Shown here: positions 1 to 11,415 of the stretch, in pieces
How the letters are laid out: each line of letters starts with the position of its first letter
Numbering within the stretch: the first letter of the stretch is position 1
Source of the DNA: Paraspadella gotoi
Lineage: Eukaryota > Animalia > Chaetognatha
Length of the DNA stretch: 63,986 nucleotides
Direction: 5' to 3'
Assembly (NCBI GenBank): GCA_051294375.1
Contig: CM119267.1
Coordinates: forward strand, 3,840,759-3,904,744
Notes under the pieces: model-generated
Told to the model about the DNA's origin: nothing
What the model saw: the letters and a program-made list of their open reading frames with translations, nothing else
Databases searched by the model: none
Made by a program: the position numbers and the translations under genes

Positions 1-427
1 GAAATCAGAAGGAAATTTNNNNNNNNNNNNNNNNNNNNNNNNNNNNNNNNNNNNNNNNNNNNNNNNNNNNNNNNNNNNNNNNNNNNNNNNNNNNNNNNNN
101 NNNNNNNNNNNNNNNNNNNNNNNNNNNNNNNNNNNNNNNNNNNNNNNNNNNNNNNNNNNNNNNNNNNNNNNNNNNNNNNNNNNNNNNNNNNNNNNNNNNN
201 NNNNNNNNNNNNNNNNNNNNNNNNNNNNNNNNNNNNNNNNNNNNNNNNNNNNNNNNNNNNNNNNNNNNNNNNNNNNNNNNGTAAGAGAGCCGTACATGAA
301 TATTATGTACATACAAATATTTAAAAATAAAAAACAAACAATTAAAAATTCGTTGAAATGGTAAATTAAAAGAGAAAAATTCTATACATCGATCATCTTA
401 AGGTTAAGAAGGAACCTTTGTCGTGTA

Positions 428-474
<47 letters not shown>

Positions 475-1943
475 TAGAGAAAGACAGACAGACAGACAGA
501 CCGACAGAATGTATTGAATGTATTGAATGTATAAAACAGATACGGCCTTGGGCACGCCTAATGCGGCCTATACAGCAGAGAGAGAGACAGAGAGAAAAAA
601 AAAGACAGAATAAGTTAGGACCGGGTTAGTAAGCTGCGGAAAAAAGAAAGGGTAGGGTTTAGAAGGTCGTTAAGGTAAGGAAAGGGAATCGCGAGGTGGA
701 GGGGAGTGACGGGGAGTGGCTGGGAGTTGCGGGGTTAAGCCGAGGGAGGGACGGCGCCTATTATTTATACGCGACTCGGATGAATAAAACATTGGAAGAT
801 TAAGGAGGAAAAAGTCTTACCTGCTTTTTCCGCCAAGGAGGAAGGAGGAGAAAGAGAGAAAAGGAGAGGAGAGAATTTATCAGTGTGAAGACTGAACTTA
901 CTTTTCGTTCGATGAGTAAGGAAGGTTAGGTAAGTTCGCTCACCGCTGCGTAAGGAACGAAAAGGGTTTGAATATTTGATCGGAGGCGGCGAAACCTCCG
1001 ATCAAGTATGCGACTCAATTCTTGTCAATTTCTTTTTGAAGGTTAGTTTGAAAACTAAACTCATAGGAAAGTTTAATACGTACATACGTAACGGGGAGAG
1101 AAAATTATTACGAGGCAACAGAAAGTAATAGGGCTAAACTTGAGCTAAGATTTAGTACTAGATAAAGGGTCAAAATTGATGTTAATATAAGAGTTTTTGC
1201 GCCTGTTAATTTGAGATGAATTTGTGTGTACTTTGTATATTATAAATGATTCACAGATAAATAAGTAAATTAATAAATAAATAGAAATAAATAAATAAAT
1301 AAATCCTACATGGATAAAGAGTCGTTTCAAAAATTCAATCGGATTTTGGAAAGAAACTTCCAAAGATTCTATTTCGTTTTTTTGGCGATGAAGTTGGATC
1401 GAAACTGAAAGGTCAATGACCTCGAGGCTGAGATCGAAGGGTCAGAGATAAGAAAAGGCAAGAAGCAAGGGGTGTATGGGGGGGAAGGGTCTATAAAGGG
1501 ATAGGTGGCGCTGAAGACCTGGTAGAACCGAAAGGGTAAGTCAGCTGGGGTTTGGCGAAAGTCGAAACGAGAAAGAAAGATTTAAATTCGGGATTCAAAA
1601 GAATTTTCGATGAGTAAAAAGTNNNNNNNNNNNNNNNNNNNNNNNNNNNNNNNNNNNNNNNNNNNNNNNNNNNNNNNNNNNNNNNNNNNNNNNNNNNNNN
1701 NNNNNNNNNNNNNNNNNNNNNNNNNNNNNNNNNNNNNNNNNNNNNNNNNNNNNNNNNNNNNNNNNNNNNNNNNNNNNNNNNNNNNNNNNNNNNNNNNNNN
1801 NNNNNNNNNNNNNNNNNNNNNNNNNNNNNNNNNNNNNNNNNNNNNNNNNNNNNNNNNNNNNNNNNNNNNNNNNNNNNNNNNNNNNNNNNNNNNNNNNNNN
1901 NNNNNNNNNNNNNNNNNNNNNNNNNNNNNNNNNNNNNNNNNNN

Positions 1944-1978
<35 letters not shown>

Positions 1979-2276
1979 TGGAATTCTTTCACATGGCGCC
2001 GACCATTGTAAGAATGAAAACAAACAACTAGAGTACAATCAGTACGCCGAAGAACTGAATCAAATAGGGAACCAGAAGATTAAAATAATGGAACAATGAT
2101 TAAGTGAATGAGTCTATGTATGAATGAATAATTAAATGAATGAATACATGAATAAATGAAAGAAATATTGAAATAGTTCATCAATCAATGAATGAATTAA
2201 TGTAAGAATAAATCAATGTTTGAATGAGTAAATAAATGAATGAATGAACGAATCATTCGATCAATCAATTAATCAC

Positions 2277-2308
<32 letters not shown>

Positions 2309-2924
2309 NNNNNNNNNNNNNNNNNNNNNNNNNNNNNNNNNNNNNNNNNNNNNNNNNNNNNNNNNNNNNNNNNNNNNNNNNNNNNNNNNNNNNNNNNNNN
2401 NNNNNNNNNNNNNNNNNNNNNNNNNNNNNNNNNNNNNNNNNNNNNNNNNNNNNNNNNNNNNNNNNNNNNNNNNNNNNNNNNNNNNNGAGAGAGAGAGAGA
2501 GAGAGAGAGAGAGCGTGGTACTCAGATTATGGTGGCTCAAAGGGTTTTTAGTGTATGTAGTTCGGAGGGATAATAGATAATTTTTTTATAAAGAATGCAG
2601 AAGGGTAAGGGACGTGAGAAAATAAAAGGGGTTGTGAGGCTTAAGCGATAAAGACAAGTGATAGGGTGAGGTTTTGACCCCGACCCCACGAGGAAAGCCA
2701 CGTCGATAGATGAGAGAGAGACGCCGTGGAGACGGAAGGCCGGTGAGGTGAGATGAGGAGGTGAGGTGAGGAGGTGAGGAATAAAATGAGGAATGAGGTG
2801 GGAATGTGATACAGGAGAAGGAGAAGGAAGAAGAGAATGAAGAGGAGGAAGAGGAAGAGTAGGAGAAGGAATAGGAGAAGGAAGAGAAGAAGGTGAAAAA
2901 AATGTAGATTAACGAGAAGAACGA

Positions 2925-3054
<130 letters not shown>

Positions 3055-4391
3055 AGTGCCGGAGGCTTTAAAAATTTATTTTTTCTAATCTTCAAAAAAT
3101 CCTTTTGCCTTCAGCTTTTTTCCCCCAAAAAAAATTCCCGGTTTTTTCTTTTCTTTTTCTTTTCCTTTTTATTATTTTAAATTTTCTTCTTTTTTTTCTT
3201 TTTATGTTTTTTTTCTTTTGTTTTGGTTTTAGTTTCGTTTGTTTTCTTTTTTGGTTTTCTTTCTTTTTCCTCGGAAGAGTTCCGGTGGATGAAAATAAAG
3301 ATGATACAGTAGAAGGTGAAGACGTAAATATTATACCACTTGATTGATAGGGAAGCCAGTTATCCTGGGAGTGAATAAACGAGACCGTGAGAGTGTTGAT
3401 TGAAATATTGCAGGGACCTGATGATTGGGCTAAAGATGAATAAAAAAAAAAAATAAAAAAAATAAAAAGGTGTGATAGAAGACAAAGATATGATAGGAGA
3501 TTGACATACAGAAATGATAGATAAAGATGATGTAAGAAATGATAATGATAAAGCTGAAGATGTGAAAGAAGACGAAGCCCCGAAGCAAAACGAAAAAAAA
3601 CCCAAATTCTCCAAAATTCGTTTCTTCAAAAAATTTGAGAAATTTATTTTTTTTAAAAATTAGACAAAAAAAAAAAGATTTCAGGGAAAAGAAAAAAAAG
3701 ATAGAAATGAGTTTTCTTTGTTTATTTTGGAGGAAAAGAGACAAAAATTCTTCGACGGGAAGATAATTGAGAGAGAAATTTTTAAATTTTTTTTGAAAAG
3801 TTGAAGTCTTTTCTCGTCTTAGATTACCGGAGGTTTTCTTTTGCTTTTCCTTCTCTCATTTGGTTCCACTTGAAAAATGGAATCTAGTGGCGCCTCGTTT
3901 CAGAGTCGTTCTTTATCATTATCAGAAACTAGAAAATGAGGAAAAAGAAAGCAAATAAATACAATTGATGTGAGCCAATATAAAATTTGATGTAAGCCAA
4001 TATAAAAATTGTTCAGCGATTCAATAAATACATAAGCGCTCACGTGTGGTATACATTAACTATTACAAGATAATTGTGTCTATATCAAGAACCTGAAGGC
4101 TTTCCTTCCAAAATCCAATATAGTTGATGAACTTCAACGATGCTTGACATTTTTATCAATAAAGCATAGTAATATATTAAAACAGTTTCAAGAGAATAAT
4201 GACCGTTTGAACTTTAGGTCGGGAAATAATATTATACCTCACTATTCTTTAAAATACAAGGATCTTACTATAATGAATTCGGTATACCCAAGATTAAAAT
4301 TATACTCCCATTTCTTTACCTTCACATTCTTAGATTAAAACTCTTTTGATTTTTTTTTTTCAACGAGATTTTCTTTTTTTTTTTTCTTCAG

Positions 4392-4573
4392 CATGCAACC
4401 AATTCCGGGAGGCGTCGCTCTCGCCCTCGTCGTCAATAGAGACACCTTCCGTCGCTCCTCCTCTTCTTCCTCCTCCTCCTCGTCACCAGAGTCGTATCAC
4501 GTGACTCTGGCTGTGAGAGGAAAAGCGGCCACCGTCTACAAAAACATCACAATCACCGCCAAGCGACAGGAAG
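4392..4573 (+). CDS. Internal exon A of an unidentified plus-strand gene (beta-strand-rich, probably extracellular)
   Basis: Long poly-T tract then cttcAG; donor GAAG|GTGAGA; GC-rich island. Reads MQPIPGGVALALVVNRDTFRR(S)nPESYHVTLAVRGKAATVYKNITITAKRQE with an N-I-T sequon. Ends in phase 1. Confidence 0.65.
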
Positions 4574-4663
4574 GTGAGAGGGGAAGATAAGAGTGAGGAA
4601 GGAGGAAAAAAAGAGGAAAGGAAAGAAATAAAGAAGGCAAGAAAGAAAGGAATGAATAAAGAA

Positions 4664-5060
4664 AACAAGAACGGTAATTCAAATGTGTTGCGCCGTAGTG
4701 ACTGCCTTATCACGTGTATTTTTGTGACATGACATGACGAGACCTGACATAATATGACATGAAATGATATGACATGACTACAATAACTTTTTAGCCCCTG
4801 TATTTATGAGACGCACTGCATCGGAATTTCGTCTTTTGTTTTTTATAGTTTTTGGATTTCCTGAAGACGGCGCTAGAAGTCACTTAAATTTGAGAATTTT
4901 CCCTTCTTAACAAATGAGCATTGAGCAACCATTTATATGAAAGTTATGAGCATTTTTAACCTAAGTGGGACAGACCGATGGACAGACATACCGACCAAAA
5001 GACCGACCAAAGAGTGACTTATAGAGTTGCTCCATGAGTACTTGGCGCAACTAAAAAAAA
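4664..5060 (+). mobile_element. Helentron/DINE-1-like non-autonomous element, family H1
   Basis: Starts AACAAGAACGG; subterminal IR GTTGCGCC...GGCGCAAC; (GACAT)n and GACAGACCG microsatellites; 3' stem-loop GTTGCTCC...GGCGCAAC followed by TAAAAA. Other copies at 5341-6930 and 55643-55825. Confidence 0.65.
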
Positions 5061-5340
5061 AAGAGATAGAAAAACTTGAATAAAATATCAAATGAAACAA
5101 AAATATAGTAAGATAGTAAGTAAGCAAATGATATGCAAGCAAGCAGAGAACTGGTTGGTTCATGAAAATCCCTCTGACAAGACAACACAAAAGTTTAGGA
5201 AGTCTAAAAGAAATAATTCTCATGAGTTTTCCGACGAAAAAAAACTAGTGACCTTGTCTAATGTCCATCTCTCACAAATCAACTCTTTCCTCACCAAAAT
5301 TCTTTTCACCCATTCTTCTTTTACATTTTTTTTCTCTCTT

Positions 5341-6930
5341 TTTTAGTTGCACCGTGAGTAATCGTGGAGCAACTCTCTAAGTCACTTCTCGGTCGATCGG
5401 TCTGTCAGTCCATCAGTATATCTGTCCGTCAGTCTGTCCCACTTAGTACGTTAAAAATGCTCATAACTTGCATATAGTTGGTTGCTCGATGCTTATTTGT
5501 TAAGAAGGGAAAATCCTCAAATTTAAGTGACTACTAGCGCCGCCTTCAAGAAATCCTAAAATTATAAAATAACAAAAGACGAAATTCCGATGCAGTGCTG
5601 TCATAAATACATGGTAGAGCGTTGAAAAATAACAAAATATAACAAATTCAAGTGAGGTACATAGCTATTTTAGTGTAATGTAGTCTGTAGAATTCGATGG
5701 TGATGACCATTTTTTTGTATAATTTTATCTTTCTTGTCGGAAATAAGGGTTTTTAATGTATATAAGTTGTTATAAAATAGCAAAACCATTATAAGTTATG
5801 ATAAATCAAATTATTAAAATTTTATAAAATTTATATGAGCTTTTGAAATATAAAAATAAAGACTTATAAAAATATTTTGGTAAGTTTATTTCTAAATTTT
5901 ATGTTTTATAAAAAGTTAGTTAACTATATTTATTAATAATTATAAGTAAAATTGGGCTAAAGTTAAAAAATAATAATTTCAAAATTTTTTCATGGATTTG
6001 GATTCTTTGCAAAAAGTTGATATAAGAAAATATAATTTTTATAAAATTATGTCATTAAGTTGGTCAAAATTCATAAAAACTATAATTTTAAGCCAAAAAT
6101 TGAAAAATTAAACAAAAATAATAGTTTTTAATATTTTTAACCTACTTAATGAAAGAATTTTTTAAAATGGATTATACTTTCTTATATCAACTTTTTTGTA
6201 AGGAATTCAAATCCGATTTTAAAATTTTAAAATTTTATATTTTTCACTTTAGCTTATTTTTATTATTATTTATTAATAAATATAGTTAACAAACTCTTAA
6301 TGAAATATAAAATTTGTAAACAAACTTACCAAAATATTTATATGGGTCTTTATTTCATATTATGTAAGTTAAATATGGCTTTTATAAAATCTTAATAATT
6401 TGAGTTTCTTATACTCTACAATGTTTGCTACATTTTAATAGCACGTTATTTGCTGCAAAAATCCCATTTCCGACAAAGAAGATGAGACTATACAAAAAAA
6501 TGGTTATCATCATCGAATTCTACAGACTTTATTTCATTAAAATAGCTATGTACCTTACTTGATTTGTTATATTTTCGTTATTTTTCAACGCCCTAATACA
6601 TGGGCTAAGAAAGTTATTGTAGTCATGTAGTCAAGTCATATCACGTTATGTCATTTCATGCCATATCATGTAGTGAAGATTGGGAGAAAGAATTTAGTAA
6701 ATTACAAAAATGTAAATAATATTTCTCTCGGCCTAAAATTCCATTCTCGTTTACATTCCTACTTTGATAAACAAAGTAGTTCATATAAAAGTCATTGTTA
6801 TTTTATTCTCGCGCTTATTATTATTATTGCATTTCCCTTCGATGTTATACTGAAATAAACTCTCGTTCATTTTATTTGGTATCGAATGTCATGTCATGTC
6901 ATGAAAAATGCACGTGATGAGGCAGTAACT
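5341..6930 (-). mobile_element. Family H1 copy in opposite orientation, interrupted by the hAT MITE and a second ~215-bp insert
   Basis: 5341-5614 is the reverse complement of ~4795-5056; homology resumes at 6604-6670 and 6885-6930. Confidence 0.7.
5615..6595. mobile_element. Non-autonomous hAT-type foldback MITE
   Basis: TIRs TAGAGCGTTGAAAAATAAC / GTTATTTTTCAACGCCCTA. Perfect 8-bp TSD ATACATGG at 5607-5614 and 6596-6603. The arms are inverted copies of each other over several hundred bp. Confidence 0.88.
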
Positions 6931-7120
6931 AATCTTATAATCAACCATTTTTCATAATTCCGTTTACCAATCAAATTTTTCTCCCAATCAATCAACCAAT
7001 CATTCTATATCTTCCCCGCGCTAATCCCTTTCCCTCTATGCGGACTTCCTCTCTTCCCGTGTAAAACCTTTCTCCCTTCGGGCGACTAATCATTGGTCTT
7101 AAAAATTCTCGCGGCCTATC

Positions 7121-7181
<61 letters not shown>

Positions 7182-7410
7182 AAAACTAAAAAACAAAAGT
7201 AAACAAAACAAAATAGGACTGACGATTTCAATCAAACGTTCGTCAACAGAATTGTCTCCCGAGAATCAGATCACCAATCTAGGAATATTTTTAACATTTG
7301 AGAGTAAATTTAATTAAAATTAAATTCTGGACCCGGACCTAAACCTGCGATTCGCCTCAAAATTTTGAGAATATTCTTTTTAACTTTTGAGAGCAAATAT
7401 ATATATGAAA

Positions 7411-7616
7411 TTGGTACAACCAATATAAAAATTATCCATTCATTTAATAAATAAGCTATCTTGCCCCTGACTTTGGACAGGCTTTGGTGGTTTAAGGCCT
7501 CCATCACTCTTACAAGATAATTACATAGCAGGTCCCTGCAAGCTTTCAATCAAGACTCTCTCACAGTCCCGTTTATTTACTCCCAGATTACCTGGCTTCC
7601 CTATCAATGAAGTGGA
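7411..7616 (-). repeat. Family R3 copy
   Basis: Reverse complement of 38401-38600, embedded in a region of GGACCCGGACCTGAACCTG / TTTGAGAGCAAATTT repeats (7270-8060). Confidence 0.8.
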
Positions 7617-8359
7617 AAATATATATGATATATACTCCATATATCTGGACCTCAACCGGGATCCTGAACTGGTCCTGGACCAAAAAAATTGGATCAGCGT
7701 TTTGAACATATTTTTGATAATTAACAGCGAATTTGCCAAATTATAATTTGAAATTTTTTATGAATCAGTTCATAACATTTTATTCATGATTCCATTTTAA
7801 ATGTTAGTGTATTTTGTTTTTATTGAATTTTAATACTTTAATTAAAAAAAAATCTGGACCTGGTTTTAGACTTAAAACTTGGTTCAAATTTCTAGCAATA
7901 TATTTAACATTTGACAGCAAATTTAAACTCCAAATTAAATCAGGACCGGACCTGAACCTGAATTTGAGAGCAAATTTGACTCTGGACCCGGACTTGGACC
8001 TGCGATTCGGATCAACATTCCGGAGATGTTTTTGACATTTGAGAGAAAATTAAAACTCGAAACCTTTTTTTTTATGATCCTAAATTTCTCACCACCTTAT
8101 TAAATATCCTGGTGATCACGTGACTGGACAGAGGGCAAGTATGCGTATCGGACATCGAAAAAATTAAACTAATTTAAAGTGACGAAGTAGAGAACTGTAG
8201 AGAAATTGACTGACCGACCGAAAAGGCGACTTTCGGAGTATGCAAATAAAAAGTTGAGAAAAGAAGTGATGCGCTCAAGAGGGCGCGAAGACCCGACGCC
8301 ACACACAACACAAAAAAAAAAAAAAAAACCCGAGAAGATTCTTGTCGAGACTCATTTAT

Positions 8360-8775
8360 TATATCGTCGTCGTCTTCGTCGTCGTCGTCGGCGTCATCGT
8401 CCTCCTCTTCGTTCTGGTCGTCGTCGTCTTCGTCATCGTCGTCATTGTCACCACTTGCGTGGTCGCCGTTGTCGTCGTTGTTGTCAACGTCCTCCTCGAT
8501 GTTTTAGTCGTCGTCTTTGTTATTGTTGTTAGTTTTGTCATCGACTACATCGTCGTTGTTGTTCTCTGCTGTTGTATCAACTACCTTATCGCCGTTGTCG
8601 CTGCCGACTATGTCCTCACTGTTGTAGGCATTTGTCATCCTCACCGTTGTCATCGTTGTCATCTTTGTTGTCGGCGTCAATGTCAATGCGCATTGTTCTA
8701 GTTGTCGTTGTCGTCTTCGTCATCCTCTCTGTTCTGGTCTTCGTCGTCGTCGTCTTCGTCCTCGTCGTCGTCGTT
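8360..8775. repeat. Cryptic (GTC/GTT)n trinucleotide tract
   Basis: Degenerate gtc/gtt triplets giving poly-V/R/T/D pseudo-ORFs; duplicate at ~12630-13045. Confidence 0.8.
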
Positions 8776-9415
8776 CTCGGTCCATCGTTAATTCAGGCTG
8801 GCATCTCAAGAACTCTCCCGCCCTTTTTGGTTGATTCGATTCTTCGCACTTTGCCTTGATGTCAATTCTTCCATTCTCAATCCAAGCAACTTACAATCAC
8901 CTCGACCTCCCATCGATTCTTTACCTCACCTCTTAATGTCCTTTTCATTTCGCATTCACCTCTCAACGTCATTCACGCCACTCTCAATCCGCCCGACATT
9001 CGATCTTCCTCTCCCGCCTGGCTTCCAGTGTCCCTCCCAGCATCACTGACCCTCGGGACACATTTCGGCAAGATAATAAGTTAGCTTCGTGAGACAAAAT
9101 CCTATTTCACCCTTTGACTCGTTTCACTTTATCACCAAATTCACATTCACGCTTCCCACACTTTACGACATTCTCCCAATCACATGACTTACTCACCACA
9201 CCTCGCCCTTTTCTCGATCACGTGATCGCTTCACAACACCTCACCCTTTCTCATTCACGTGATCACGCGTCACCTTCTCACATCTCCGCCTCGTTATCTC
9301 TTTTCCTTCGCTTCCTTCTCTGCATTTTATTTCCTCTCCTCGTTTTTTTTTCTGACGAGATTAAAAGGAGGAGAGACCTCTCTCCCCCACCCACGTCCTT
9401 ACCTCTTATTCAAAC

Positions 9416-9447
<32 letters not shown>

Positions 9448-11382
9448 TTTCCACTCTCACTTATGCTCTTCACTCCTTCTCTCTCTCCAACTTTCTTATA
9501 GGTCGCGTGGAACCTCGACTCCATAAGACGCTTTTTTGTTCTTGTCTGTCTGTCAAAAAAATAAGCTTAGAACGACAAAATTGTTACAGAAAAAGGTTTC
9601 GTCGTCTGAATAACGCTTTTATAAAGCTCGAATGAATACGAGGCAAAGAGGAAGAGGAAAAGGAGGAAGAGGAGCGATAACATTAAGTTTATAAAGAGGA
9701 GGAAGAGGAGGAGAGAAAGAATAAGAGACATCCGCGCCTCGTATTGAACGCTGGATTCAGCATTTTCAAAACTTTTCTTTCTCTTTCAGTTTGTACTTTC
9801 CTTTCTTCTCCCTTATTTACTTCTCTCTTTTCTTCCTTCCTTTTCCCAACTAAAGGTTTTTTTTAGGTTTTCCTGTCTTCCTTCTCCTCATAGGTATATT
9901 TAATTCAGGTTTTAGTTTCTGGAATTTTTCCCCTCAATTATATTTCCATATTTGTGCCGTTGCCGTTTGCCCACGAACTTCACAATTTCTTTCTCAGCTT
10001 TTCTCTTCCTTTCGCCTTTGTTCTCTCAGATTTTCTATATAACCTATACTTTAGTCTAATATATCATTNNNNNNNNNNNNNNNNNNNNNNNNNAACTTTA
10101 AAATTTTATAAAAATTTATATGAGGCTTTTGAAATATGGGGTCCGGCTAAAGTTAAAAAATAATAATTTCAAAATTTTTTCATGGATTTGGATTCTTTGC
10201 AAAAAGTTGATATAAGAAAATATAAGTTTTTATCAAAATTATGTCATTAAGTGGTAAAATTCAAATCATAAAAACTATAATTTTAAGCCAAAAATTGAAA
10301 ATTAAACAAAAAAAATAGTTTTTAATACTTTTTAACTACTTAATGAAAGAATTTTTTAAAATGGATTATACTTTTCTTATATCAACTTTTTGTAAGGAAT
10401 TCAAATCCGATTTTAAAATTTTTAAATTTTTAATTTTTCACGTTTAGCTTACTTTTTTATTATTATTTATTAATAAATATAGTTAACAAACTCTTAATGA
10501 AATATAAAATTTGTAAACAAACCTTACCAAATATTTATATGTGGTTCTTATTTCATATTATGTAAGTTAAATATGGCTTTTATAAAATCTTAATAATTTG
10601 AGTTTTTACTCTATTACTTATGCAGTTTCGTCTATCACTTTTTTTCAGTGCTCATTCTCGTTCTATACTTATGCTCAACCTAACTTAGATTTCGTTCCAT
10701 ATTCGTTATTTTCCGCATCAAGCAAGATGAATTGTACTGATGTACTCACAAATCAGAATATGGTCAATGCCACTAATATCGAAGGGAATTCTACAGATTT
10801 ATTTCATAAATAGGCTATTACCTACTTGATTGTTTATATTTCGTTATTTTCAACGCCCTAACACTGGGCTCTAAGAAATTATTGCTTAGTCATGTAGTCA
10901 AGTCATATCACGTTATGTCATTCATGCCATATCATGTATGTGAAGATGGACGAAAAGAATTGTAAATAAAATGTAAAAATATTCTTCTCGGCCTAAATTC
11001 CCCATTCTCGTTTACATTCCTACTTTGATAAACAAAGTAGTTCATAAATAAAGTCATGTTATTTTATCTCTCGCGTTCTATTATTATTATTGCATTCCCT
11101 TCGATGCTATATGACGATAAACTCTCGTTCATCTTTATTTGGTATCGAATGTCATGTCATGTCATGAAAATTGCACGTGATGATGGCAGTAACTAATCTT
11201 ATAATCAACCATTTTTCATAATTCCGTTTACCAATCAAATTTTCTCTCCCATCAATCAACCAATCATTCTATATCTTCCCCGCGCTAATCCTTTCCCTCT
11301 ATGCGGACTTCTCTCTTCCCGTGTAAAACCTTTCTCCCTTCGGGCGACTAATCATTGGTCTTAATAAATTCTCGCGGCCTAT

Positions 11383-11415
<33 letters not shown>

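Noticed and set aside
4144-4338. Peptide ending ...IMNSVYPRLKLYSHF, faintly like the C-terminus of LINE ORF2
   Set aside because: Too short and degenerate to support without a search.
8206-8859. Overlapping poly-Val, poly-Arg and poly-Thr ORFs resembling membrane, protamine or mucin proteins
   Set aside because: All arise from one cryptic (GTC)n tract; no convincing splice borders; frames are not preserved in the duplicate at ~12.6-13.1 kb.
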